Shown: positions 52,919 through 60,964 of the stretch, one piece after another
Layout of the letters: every line of letters starts with the position of its first letter
How positions within the stretch are numbered: the first letter of the stretch is position 1
Assembly (NCBI GenBank): GCA_963747055.1
Contig: CAVVDY010000003.1
Coordinates: 49,630 to 113,629, forward strand
DNA: 64,000 nucleotides
DNA from: an uncultured Acidobacteriaceae bacterium
GTDB taxonomy: Bacteria; Acidobacteriota; Terriglobia; Terriglobales; Acidobacteriaceae
Direction: 5' to 3'
Position numbers and translations under genes: made by a program
The notes under the pieces: model-generated
What the model was told of the DNA's origin: nothing
Seen by the model: the letters and a program-made list of their open reading frames with translations, nothing else
The model's database searches: none

Positions 52919-53405
52919 GTGGACGACGGAAGCGAGCAGCACAACGCCGCACACACGCATTGTTCGCGAGCCCATCAACTCCGCGCAGATCGCGGCAGAC
53001 GTCAAGGCTCCCGAGGACGGCGCGGTTGTCGTCTTCGACGGCATCGTGCGCAACCACTCGCGCGGACGGCCCACCTTGTATCTGGAATACAGCGCCTATG
53101 AGCCAATGGCTGCGGCGGAGATTGGACAAGCTGGCACAGTGCCGGCGCTTGCCAATTACCCGGTCCGCGATGTTCGCATCGTGCACCGGCTCGGGCGGCT
53201 GGAGATTGGCGAAACCAGCGTCCTGATCGCGGTGTCGTCGGCGCACCGCGCGGCGGCCTTCGACGCGGCCCGCTGGATTATTGATACTCTTAAGAAGACG
53301 GTGCCAATCTGGAAGAAGGAGTTTTTCGAAGACGGAGCGGTCTGGGCTGATGGCGAGCCGTTTCCCCCCGAAATCTCTGTTTCCCCCGGTGGCACGTCAA
53401 ACTAG
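52911..53405 (+). CDS. moaE: Molybdopterin synthase catalytic subunit MoaE
   Basis: GAVVVFDGIVRNHSRG, LEYSAYEPMA, IVHRLGRLEIGETSVLIAVSSAHRAAAF and PIWKKE motifs. The GTG 52911 start is tentative. Confidence 0.8.
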   Translation: MEEWTTEASSTTPHTRIVREPINSAQIAADVKAPEDGAVVVFDGIVRNHSRGRPTLYLEYSAYEPMAAAEIGQAGTVPALANYPVRDVRIVHRLGRLEIGETSVLIAVSSAHRAAAFDAARWIIDTLKKTVPIWKKEFFEDGAVWADGEPFPPEISVSPGGTSN

Positions 53406-53430
53406 CTGGAATCGGGTTTATCCCGCAGGA

Positions 53431-54477
53431 ATGTTCTCACCTCTCACGAGATTTGCAGCCATCCCAACAGCGCTTCTGATAGCAGCGGCCATGACCATAG
53501 CGCCGTTTTCATTGGCCGCTCAGACGCCCTCCGCGGCTCATTCACAACCTGGAGCGGCCACCGCTCCCGCCGCACCTGCCGCATCCGCCACCGATCAGAA
53601 TGATTCGACGGGAGGCGATGCCTCCAGTACGATTCGGGTCAACGTCAAGCTGGTCAACGTTTTCGCTACGGTCACCGACCCATCCGGCGCCCCAGTGGGG
53701 TCGCTGAAGGAGGGTGATTTCCAGGTCTTCGAGGACGGTGTGCCGCAGAAGATCGCGATGTTCGCCCGCGAATCAGAATTGCCGCTGTCCATTGTGCTGG
53801 CGATCGACACCAGCCTGAGCACCAAGTCTGACCAGAGACTGGAGCTGGAATCGGCGCGGCGTTTCGCCAGGGACATCCTGCGGCCCATCGATAGCGTGTC
53901 CCTCTTTGAGTTCAGCGAGATCGTCGACCAGCTCACGCCCTTCACCTCCGACTTGCGCGCCATCGACAAAGGGATCTCGCGGGTGCGCACCGGTGCTGCC
54001 ACCGCGCTCTACGACATGCTTTATCTCGGCTCCGACGCGCTCATGCCCCGCCGCGGACGCAAGGTGATGGTGGTGATTACCGACGGTGGCGACACGGTCA
54101 GCAAGGTCAGCTATCAGGAGGCAGTGCGCGAGGCGCAGCAGGCCGAGGTCATCGTCTACAGCATCATCATCGTGCCCATCGAGAACAGTGCCGGTCGCGA
54201 TATTGGCGGTGAGCATGCCCTGATCCAGCTCTCGCGCGACACCGGAGGCAAGTACTACTACGCTAGCGGACTGGACCAGCTTGATTCCGCCTTCCAGAAG
54301 ATCAGCCAGGAACTGCGCACCCAATACCTGATTGCCTATTACCCCGCCCAGCGCCTATCCAGTTCCGACTTCCGTAAGCTCGACATCAAGATCGTCCCTA
54401 ACACTCCCGACTACGCCAACCCTGCGGAGTTACAAGTGCGTCATCGCAGCGGCTATTACACCATGCCTTCCAAGTAG
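53431..54477 (+). CDS. VWA-domain protein of the acidobacterial VWFA-related family
   Basis: 348 aa from ATG 53431. Signal peptide, IRVNVKLVNVFATVTD...FQVFEDGVPQKI N-domain, and VWA MIDAS-like DTSLS...TDGGDT. Confidence 0.85.
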   Translation: MFSPLTRFAAIPTALLIAAAMTIAPFSLAAQTPSAAHSQPGAATAPAAPAASATDQNDSTGGDASSTIRVNVKLVNVFATVTDPSGAPVGSLKEGDFQVFEDGVPQKIAMFARESELPLSIVLAIDTSLSTKSDQRLELESARRFARDILRPIDSVSLFEFSEIVDQLTPFTSDLRAIDKGISRVRTGAATALYDMLYLGSDALMPRRGRKVMVVITDGGDTVSKVSYQEAVREAQQAEVIVYSIIIVPIENSAGRDIGGEHALIQLSRDTGGKYYYASGLDQLDSAFQKISQELRTQYLIAYYPAQRLSSSDFRKLDIKIVPNTPDYANPAELQVRHRSGYYTMPSK

Positions 54478-54501
54478 GGTAGTGTCCTATTACAGAGTTG
54501 C
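54478..54501. repeat. IRL of the IS1-family element
   Basis: GGTAGTGTCCTATTACAGAGTTGC. Confidence 0.8.
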
Positions 54502-54503
54502 TG

Positions 54504-54656
54504 CTAGTAAGATTCCGGGTTGTGCGGTGCAGCTTCAGCAACGACGCAGCGTTCGTGTGCCTCTTGACCGCCCCCAATCACCACGACTCGATCTTCTGGG
54601 GCGATTGGTTCTCGACAGAGAGGGCAAGTCCTCAGTTCCACAACATCGTCATTCAT
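54504..54656 (-). CDS. Passenger gene P4: 50-aa CxxC...HxxC small protein
   Basis: MNDDVVELRTCPLCREPIAPEDRVVVIGGGQEAHERCVVAEAAPHNPESY. AAGAGGTG Shine-Dalgarno overlaps the P3 stop. The P4 stop is 2 nt from the IRL. Confidence 0.5.
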   Translation of the reverse strand: MNDDVVELRTCPLCREPIAPEDRVVVIGGGQEAHERCVVAEAAPHNPESY

Positions 54657-54666
54657 GTAACACCTC

Positions 54667-55350
54667 TTATTCGGCTCGGCGCGCTGTCGGCAGGCTCGCA
54701 ATAACATCAGTCTCGTACTCCTGCAAGAACTGAATGTGCAGATCGGTCGGCAACGGGGCTTCTGAAAAGTACTTGTGTTCGGAGAACGGAACCTCGACCC
54801 TCCGGGAGATTGTGAACGACGCAATATTATTTTTCCTGGACAGCGGATCATGGCCAACGCCTGTGAATAAGGGATAGTACTGCACTGGGCTTTTCCAAAT
54901 GTCGGAGACTACAGAATTGACCTTACCCGCCAAATTAGCTAACGGAGTCGTTTGGAGAATGTCGAAATCCGATGTGAATGTAAGGTCGCTCACGTATGCC
55001 CACTGGCGGACAATTTCAGACAACGGCCTGAGTCCAAAAACGGAAGTTGCCCAAGCGGATATGTCGTCAAGAATAGCCCGCGACTCGTTCGTGTTAGATC
55101 GGGTTTCGACAGCCAAAATTTGGCTAAAAATCGTGAGCTTGTGAATCACGATTGTTCCGGCTAGACCCTCTTCAAATACAATTCCCTTGCTCTCGTCCAC
55201 GTCAAGGAATGACGTTGGGAATTTCTGAAACTGATAGCGTTCCACCAGTTTCGCAATAAAGTGCGGGTAAAAAACCGACCCCTGAAAATCTAGGTCGTTT
55301 GTTTCAGCGAACGCTAGCACTCTCGCCAAAACCACCGCGGATAATTTCAT
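54667..55350 (-). CDS. Passenger gene P3: 227-aa protein of unknown function
   Basis: ATG 55350 with AAGGGGG 8 nt upstream. No signal peptide or TM helix, and no family or motif recognised. Confidence 0.6.
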   Translation of the reverse strand: MKLSAVVLARVLAFAETNDLDFQGSVFYPHFIAKLVERYQFQKFPTSFLDVDESKGIVFEEGLAGTIVIHKLTIFSQILAVETRSNTNESRAILDDISAWATSVFGLRPLSEIVRQWAYVSDLTFTSDFDILQTTPLANLAGKVNSVVSDIWKSPVQYYPLFTGVGHDPLSRKNNIASFTISRRVEVPFSEHKYFSEAPLPTDLHIQFLQEYETDVIASLPTARRAE

Positions 55351-55903
55351 CGCGAACCCCCTTGGATAACAGCTCGTATGGAATGCCCTCTTCTTGCTTC
55401 GGAAACACGAGAAGCTCGCCGCGCTTACCCGATGCCGCAACATCGGCCGGCGCCTTTCTTGTATTTTCGATCTTTTCTTCGGTGCGCACGGGAGGCTTCT
55501 TTGGAATGACTACAGCTTGAGACGCTTGTTGTTTCTGCGATCCGCGCTCTTCCCGTTCCATCTCAAACGATTTAAGATTTTCTAGGCCCTCTCCGATCTT
55601 TTCTGCCCATTTCAAAAACTCGGAGTATGTCACGAGTTGTGGGATGAACGCCAAATCGAGTCCAGAAGCTATACGAATACCCGTGTTAAACGTAAGGTTC
55701 CCGTAATTCGGATCCTCGGCGCGAGAGATCACGCCTTGGTCGATCTTGGCCGCATCCGCTAGGTCGTCTTGGGACATCTTTCGGCCCTTGCGAAGCGTTC
55801 TTACTTGAAGGGAGAAGGCCCGTTTCGCGACGGCCCCCGCGTATTCCTCTCGAAACTCTTTGCTTTCGGCAAACTTACTCCACAGGTCACTTGAAAAACT
55901 CAT
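55304..55903 (-). CDS. Passenger gene P2: XRE-family HTH protein (HigA-like antitoxin candidate) with long C-terminal extension
   Basis: ATG 55903 overlaps the P1 3' end by 17 nt. HTH segment RKMSQDDLADAAKIDQGVISRAE, plus about 100 extra C-terminal residues. Confidence 0.75.
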   Translation of the reverse strand: MSFSSDLWSKFAESKEFREEYAGAVAKRAFSLQVRTLRKGRKMSQDDLADAAKIDQGVISRAEDPNYGNLTFNTGIRIASGLDLAFIPQLVTYSEFLKWAEKIGEGLENLKSFEMEREERGSQKQQASQAVVIPKKPPVRTEEKIENTRKAPADVAASGKRGELLVFPKQEEGIPYELLSKGVRDEIIRGGFGESASVR

Positions 55904-56345
55904 CGACTGTACCCCGTCCTTGTCCATACCACTTCCTAAGACGATGTGCCTCACTATATGCGTTTGGTGGTATTGGCACCCTTCCGCTCTTTTCTAATCC
56001 ATTCAGCAGAACGAACTCATGCCCATCAGCAGGCCAAATACCCAAACACCTTAGTTGGCGCTTAATCTGCTTCTTCCCTTCCTGACGAATCACCTCAAAG
56101 CGAACCTCTCCGAGTCCTGCACCCACTCCGGTTAACGGGCTAAATTCTTCTACCTCTGGGTCTTCCCAATCAGGAGTTCCTCTAAGGGTCGTAATGGCCG
56201 CGTAGAACTGCGCTACCACCTTTGTGTCTTGAGTCTGAAGCCATTCCCTCAGGGGCGCAGTTCTCCGTCCATGCTCATCGGGCTCTTCGGCGTATACAAG
56301 GAATCTCCACAGAGGCATGTTAAGCCGATTCAAGAAATTATGCAA
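55887..56345 (-). CDS. Passenger gene P1: Gp49/HigB-like RelE/ParE-superfamily toxin candidate
   Basis: ...GLGEVRFEVIRQEGKKQIKRQLRCLGIWPADGHEFVLLNGLEKSGRVPIPPNAYSEAHRLRKWY matches the phage Gp49-like (DUF891) pattern. The start is TTG 56345 (Shine-Dalgarno AAGAGGTG) or ATG 56318. Confidence 0.7.
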   Translation of the reverse strand: MHNFLNRLNMPLWRFLVYAEEPDEHGRRTAPLREWLQTQDTKVVAQFYAAITTLRGTPDWEDPEVEEFSPLTGVGAGLGEVRFEVIRQEGKKQIKRQLRCLGIWPADGHEFVLLNGLEKSGRVPIPPNAYSEAHRLRKWYGQGRGTVDEFFK

Positions 56346-56389
56346 TATTACATTTCACCTCTTGACTAGCTACATGTAATATTGCATAA
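56338..56389. promoter_or_regulatory. Perfect 16-bp inverted repeat, candidate operator of the passenger operon
   Basis: TTATGCAATATTACAT (56338-56353) and ATGTAATATTGCATAA (56374-56389) are separated by 20 nt containing the Shine-Dalgarno sequence. The repeat overlaps the P1 start codon. Confidence 0.5.
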
Positions 56390-56391
56390 TT

Positions 56392-56420
56392 TTCATATGC
56401 TTAAGAAAGCAAAAGGCCAA
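56392..56420 (-). promoter_or_regulatory. Possible sigma-70-type promoter of the passenger operon
   Basis: The minus strand reads TTGGCC - 17 nt - TATGAA directly upstream of the inverted repeat. This is a pattern match only. Confidence 0.3.
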
Positions 56421-56464
56421 CAGCCCCGAGTCGAAAAACTTGGAACTGCTGGCCTAGTCCTTGT

Positions 56465-56539
56465 GGGGCTATCCACGGGGGCGCGAGTCTCGCCTTGACA
56501 TGCCGGCTCGCGGTCGGTTCAATCCCGACTGGCTCCACC
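56465..56539 (+). other. tRNA/tmRNA-like acceptor-stem + T-arm module (not a canonical tRNA)
   Basis: GGGGCTA...TGGCTCC 7-bp acceptor pairing with G3:U70, T-arm GTCGG-TTCAATC-CCGAC, discriminator A and then CC. The interior does not fold into D and anticodon arms. Confidence 0.35.
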
Positions 56540-56667
56540 GTTGAATAAGCGCCCAACCCGTAGCTGGTAACCGCGAGCTGGGCCTTGCCTCTGGTTGGTG
56601 CCCAAAGGCAGGGTTTCGACACCCACTGTCATTTTGGGCCGCTTTCCAGAAGAAAGCAAGGCTGAAA

Positions 56668-57615
56668 ATGACATGTCACAATTGCCAAACTGAGTGCAAG
56701 CGGTTCGGCAAGAACAAAGCGGGTCATCAACGTTTCCGCTGTCGCCAGTGCTCCCGCACATTCACCGAATCAGGCCCGCGTCCATTAGGCGAGATGCGCC
56801 TGCCTCTAGATCGCCCACTGCTCTGCCTGCAATTGTTGCTTGAGGGAAACTCCGTTCGCAGCACAGAACGCATCGTAGGCGTGCATCGTGACACGAGTTC
56901 TCGCGCTGCTGGAAGTAGCCGGACTGAGAGCCGAGAAACTCCTGCGAGATCGTATCCGCGATGTGCGGGTGAGAGATGTGGAGTGTGATGAAATTTGGGG
57001 ATGGGTCGGGATGAAGGAGAAGAACAAAACCATCGACACCGACCTGCTCGGGGATGCCTATTGCTTTGTGGGGATGGAGCGCAACACGAAGCTCATACTC
57101 GCTTGGCATCTTGGACGGCGCACCGCTAGCGACACGCGCCTGTTTATGGAGATGCTTCGGGAGGCTACTGCTGGGCGCTTCCAATTGACCACAGATGGGT
57201 TTTATCCCTATCCGAATGCTGTAGAGCGCAGCTTCGGAATCGACGTGGATTACGCGCAAATGCAGAAAGTCTACGCGGCTGCGCGGGATGGCGAACAGCG
57301 TTACTCACCAGCGGAGGTTGTCGATGTCCAGGTCGTTCCCAAGATCGGGATGCCGGATTTCGAACGCATTTGCACCTCGCACATCGGGAGACAGAACCCT
57401 TTCAATTAGGATGGGGATGCGGAGAATGACAAGGCTCACAAACGCATTCTCTTCTCAAAGAAGCGGGCGAACCTAAAGTATGCGTTTGCGCTTTGGTTCG
57501 CGTTCTACAATTTCTCTCGGGTGCATCGGTCGCTTGAGTGACGCCTGCAATGGAGAGCGGATTGACCGGTCACCCGTGGTCCCTTGCGGAATTAATCGGG
57601 GCGGCAACTCCGTAA
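56668..57615 (+). pseudogene. IS1-family transposase, interrupted by four single-nucleotide frameshifts
   Basis: Zn-finger N-terminus CHNCQTECKRFGKNKAGHQRFRCRQCSRTF. DDE region DEIWGWV, TDGFYPYPNAV, RQN(L)SIRMGMRRMTRLTNAFS, and LKYAFALWFAFYNFSRVHRSL-VTPAMESGLTGHPWSLAELI. Frame changes occur near 56895, 57395, 57458 and 57538. The TAA stop lies inside the IRR. Confidence 0.8.
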
Positions 57616-57627
57616 TAGGACACTACC
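57604..57627. repeat. IRR of the IS1-family element
   Basis: GCAACTCCGTAATAGGACACTACC is the reverse complement of the IRL with one mismatch. Confidence 0.8.
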
Positions 57628-58123
57628 CCAAGTAGGACCTTGGCGATGAAAACATGGCGGACACGAATCCGCCGGCAAGACAAACTTCTGGAACTTTGCG
57701 GAGAAAAATTGAGAAGAGAAGGCAGAGAAACAGCAGCCGCTCGCGAGGCCCGGATGTAATCTAAACAAGCAACCGAGCCTCAGCCGATTTACAGGACCCC
57801 CAAGTCCCGAATCTGTCGAGCGTTTCGCTTTTGAGCGCCGACAACCCCGAAAGTTGGCCGCAACCCAAACTAGTAGACTCCATTGCACGCCGGCTACCAC
57901 GCGTTCGAGCGACCTAACTGCTTTATTTGCAATGAGGCTATAGCCGCCCGACCGGGCTTATCTCTCGATTTCTGTAGTTGGCAGCTCTCTCGACTACAAC
58001 TTCTGGGAGCCTGACGTTCGTTCTGTCGGCTCCCAGGCTGCCCTTCAAGCGCCTTCTGCGGTAAACTGGCGCGCACGTCGAACGCCGAGCGGGTCGACCA
58101 CCAGCGAGGAAAAGGATGATTTC

Positions 58124-58492
58124 ATGCCCCCCACAATAGGCAACGGCAAGATTTGCTACATCGAGATACCGGCCACCAATATTGAACAATCCGCAAATTT
58201 TTATCAAAAGGTCTTCGGCTGGAATGTGCGCCAACGCGGCGACGGCGCAACCGCTTTCGATGACGGTGTTGGCGAAGTGAGCGGCACCTGGGTCCTGGAC
58301 CGCCCCGCCGGCGACCGCCCCGGCCTGCTCTTCTACATCATGGTCGACAACGCGGAGAAGACGGTCGAAGCCATCGTGGCCCACGGTGGGGAGATCGTGC
58401 AGCCCATCGGCGGCGACGCTCCCGAGATCACCGCCCGCTTTCGCGATCCCGGCGGCAACGTGATCGGAATCTATCAGGAGCCGGCCTCCTGA
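58124..58492 (+). CDS. VOC-family (glyoxalase/bleomycin-resistance fold) protein
   Basis: 122 aa. ICYIEIPATNIEQSANFYQKVFGW... and FRDPGGNVIGIYQ motifs. Confidence 0.8.
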   Translation: MPPTIGNGKICYIEIPATNIEQSANFYQKVFGWNVRQRGDGATAFDDGVGEVSGTWVLDRPAGDRPGLLFYIMVDNAEKTVEAIVAHGGEIVQPIGGDAPEITARFRDPGGNVIGIYQEPAS

Positions 58493-58495
58493 AAT

Positions 58496-60052
58496 CTAGT
58501 GGCGGAAGTGCCGCACGCCGGTGAGCACCATCGCCAGTCCCAATTTGTTCGCCGTGTCGATCACTTCCTGATCGCGCACCGACCCGCCGGGTTGAATGAT
58601 CGCCGTCGCTCCCGCCTCGGCGATCACCTCAACTCCATCGGGGAACGGGAAGAACGCATCCGACGCGGCCACTGAGCCCTTGATGCCGAGCACCGACTTC
58701 ATCGCGCCGATGCGGGCTGAATCCACCCGGCTCATCTGTCCTGCGCCCACGCCCGTCGTCTGACCGTTGCGGGCGTAAAGGATCGCGTTCGACTTCACGT
58801 GCTTGCAGATCGTCCAGGCAAACAGCAGGTCGCGCATTTCTTGCTCGGTCGGCTTGCGTTCGGTGGCGATTTTCAGGTCGGCTTCGGTGAGCGGACGCAC
58901 ATCGTTATCCTGCAGCAGTACCCCGCCGGAGACATTCTTCAGCACCCACTTCTGCTCCATGGGAACAACTTGCACCAGGCGCAGGTTCTTCTTGGCGGCG
59001 AAGATCTCACGGGCGGAATCGTCGAATCCGGGCGCCGCGATCACCTCCAGGAATAGCTTCGCCATTTCGCTTGCTGTCTCCGCGTCAATCGGACGATTCA
59101 CGCCGATCACGCCGCCGAATGCCGACACCGGATCGCACTCCAGCGCGCGCCGGTAAGCCTCTGCCAGGGTGCTGGCCACAGCCGTGCCGCAAGGATTGGT
59201 GTGCTTGATGATGGCGCACACCGGCCCATCGAATTCTTGTGCCAGGTCCCACGCCGCTTGCAGGTCGACAATATTGTTGTAGCTGAGCTCCTTGCCCTGG
59301 AGCTGCTTGCCGTTGGCGACGCCCTTGCCTGAGCCATCGCTATACAGCGCCGCCTTCTGGTGAGGGTTCTCTCCGTAGCGCAGATCAAACGCCTTCTGAA
59401 ACGACAGTCGCAAGCTCTGCGGGAAGCTCGTCTCATCCAGCGCAAGCTTGCCTTCGGGAGCGGCAACCCGCTCCAGCGTCGACGCAATCGCCGAATCGTA
59501 AGCCGCGGTGGTGGCGAACGCCTTCTGCGCCAGCCGCCACTTGGTCGCCAGTGAAAGCCCTCCGTCGCCGCTTTGCATCTCCTGCGCGATGGCATCGTAA
59601 TCGCCCGGCGAGGTCACGACGGCCACGTCCTGAAAATTCTTGGCCGCGGAGCGCACCATCGATGGCCCGCCAATGTCGATGTTCTCGATCAGCTCGTGAA
59701 AGCCTACGCCCGGTCTCGACGCCGTCTTCTCGAAGGCGTACAGATTGACCACCACCATGTCGATGGGCTGAATGCCGTGCGCGGCCACCGCCTCGCGGTG
59801 CTGCGGGTTATCGCGGATGTGCAGAATGCCGCCGTGCACCTTGGGGTGCAGCGTCTTCACCCGGCCATCCAGCATCTCGGGGAAGCCCGTCAGCTCGGAG
59901 ATGTCCTTCACCGTAATGCCCGACTCGCGCAGCAGCTTCGCCGTGCCTCCGGTGGAGACCAGCTCCACTCCCATCTGGCTCAGCTTGCGCGCAAACTCCA
60001 CCAGCCCAGTCTTGTCGGTAACGCTTAGAATTGCTCGCTGTATCTTGCCCAT
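58496..60052 (-). CDS. purH: Bifunctional AICAR transformylase / IMP cyclohydrolase
   Basis: 518 aa from ATG 60052. [14 protein letters not shown]-like domain, [17 protein letters not shown], and C-terminal formyltransferase domain ending [10 protein letters not shown]. Confidence 0.95.
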   Translation of the reverse strand: MGKIQRAILSVTDKTGLVEFARKLSQMGVELVSTGGTAKLLRESGITVKDISELTGFPEMLDGRVKTLHPKVHGGILHIRDNPQHREAVAAHGIQPIDMVVVNLYAFEKTASRPGVGFHELIENIDIGGPSMVRSAAKNFQDVAVVTSPGDYDAIAQEMQSGDGGLSLATKWRLAQKAFATTAAYDSAIASTLERVAAPEGKLALDETSFPQSLRLSFQKAFDLRYGENPHQKAALYSDGSGKGVANGKQLQGKELSYNNIVDLQAAWDLAQEFDGPVCAIIKHTNPCGTAVASTLAEAYRRALECDPVSAFGGVIGVNRPIDAETASEMAKLFLEVIAAPGFDDSAREIFAAKKNLRLVQVVPMEQKWVLKNVSGGVLLQDNDVRPLTEADLKIATERKPTEQEMRDLLFAWTICKHVKSNAILYARNGQTTGVGAGQMSRVDSARIGAMKSVLGIKGSVAASDAFFPFPDGVEVIAEAGATAIIQPGGSVRDQEVIDTANKLGLAMVLTGVRHFRH

Positions 60053-60249
60053 GATTCCTTCGCCAAGAGGATTTGAATCTGCGTGTAGGGGCAGACGCCT
60101 CGAAGATTGTGTCTGCATTAACAGAATAGCTGAAGGCGTGTCCGCCGGCAGGCCCCCAGGTTCGTACCGGCTCAAGCCGCCGTCGAACTTCATGCCAAAT
60201 GACGAAAGCCGCCCCATCAAGGCGGCTCAAGGGCGGCAATTCTGCTGAC

Positions 60250-60600
60250 TTACCTGGTGGGACCGACAGCCATTTTTTTGACCATGGCCAGCACCAGCTT
60301 GCGATCGCTTTCGTTCAGGTTGGGCGAGTAGCGGCGAATCTGCGTCAGGAAGCGAACTTCATCCTCGGCGAGGTGTGGCCCCGCCTTGCTCCCGTTTTCG
60401 CCGGTACCGTTGTGGAAGAACTGCGCCAGCGGCAGGTCCATCGCGGTCGCGATCTTCGCCAGGGTATCCAGCGACGGGATCGTGTGTCCGTTCTCCACTC
60501 GCGACAGATAGCAGCGCAACAGTCCGGTGCGCTTTTCAATGTCTCCTTGCGACATTCCTTTTTGCAGGCGGTAATTTCGAATGGTCTCACCGATATTCAT
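60250..60600 (-). CDS. XRE-family HTH transcriptional regulator
   Basis: 116 aa from ATG 60600. IRNYRLQKGMSQGDIEKRTGLLRCYLSRVENGHTIPSLDTLAKIA. Confidence 0.8.
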   Translation of the reverse strand: MNIGETIRNYRLQKGMSQGDIEKRTGLLRCYLSRVENGHTIPSLDTLAKIATAMDLPLAQFFHNGTGENGSKAGPHLAEDEVRFLTQIRRYSPNLNESDRKLVLAMVKKMAVGPTR

Positions 60601-60964
60601 CGTAGCGCTCGACCTCGAAGAAGAAGTGGCAATTTGGGGGGTGACTGCATAGTAACCAGATCGGTGTCGATTGGCAAGGACTTTAGAGCACGCGACCGAA
60701 TTATTTGTTCTTTTCGAATAGGAACCGCGCAATCAGGGTCTATACCCTCTAGTTACTAAGGTGTGCATTTTTCAAGGCACTAACCGGCACTATTCTTTGT
60801 AGCTCCTGTCCACGTATGTGAGATTCGGCTACCCCTCCGCAACAATCAGGTTCTTCCGATCAAATTCCTGCGCCAGCAATGAGCCAAAGTAAATGAAATA
60901 ATATTGCGACGCTGAATGCCGAATGCTCACGACGAAGTTGCCGAAACACTTCTGTGCCAGACGA

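Larger units (their letters stand above)
54478..57627 (+). mobile_element. IS1-family (ISMhu11-like) transposon carrying passenger genes
   Basis: 24-bp terminal inverted repeats (23 of 24 match), 8-bp direct repeat CCAAGTAG at 54470-54477 and 57628-57635, an internal IS1-type transposase, AT-richer content, and four passenger ORFs. Confidence 0.8.

Noticed and set aside
56465-56539. Calling the acceptor/T-arm element a bona fide tRNA (for example tRNA-Val GAC or tRNA-Ala) or a complete tmRNA.
   Set aside because: The D-arm cannot be formed. The only anticodon-like arm has a mismatch and the wrong spacing. The length is far too short for tmRNA and no tag ORF is present. It is kept only as a tRNA-like fragment.
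56880-56900. Programmed -1 ribosomal frameshifting (as in the IS1 InsAB' system) as an explanation for the split transposase.
   Set aside because: There is no A-rich slippery heptamer at the first junction, and three further frame breaks downstream cannot be programmed. Indels are the simpler explanation.
57656-57769. 37-aa ORF MKTWRTRIRRQDKLLELCGEKLRREGRETAAAREARM immediately after the transposon.
   Set aside because: It is very short, highly basic, and has no RBS or family. It is probably non-coding 3' flank of the VWA gene.
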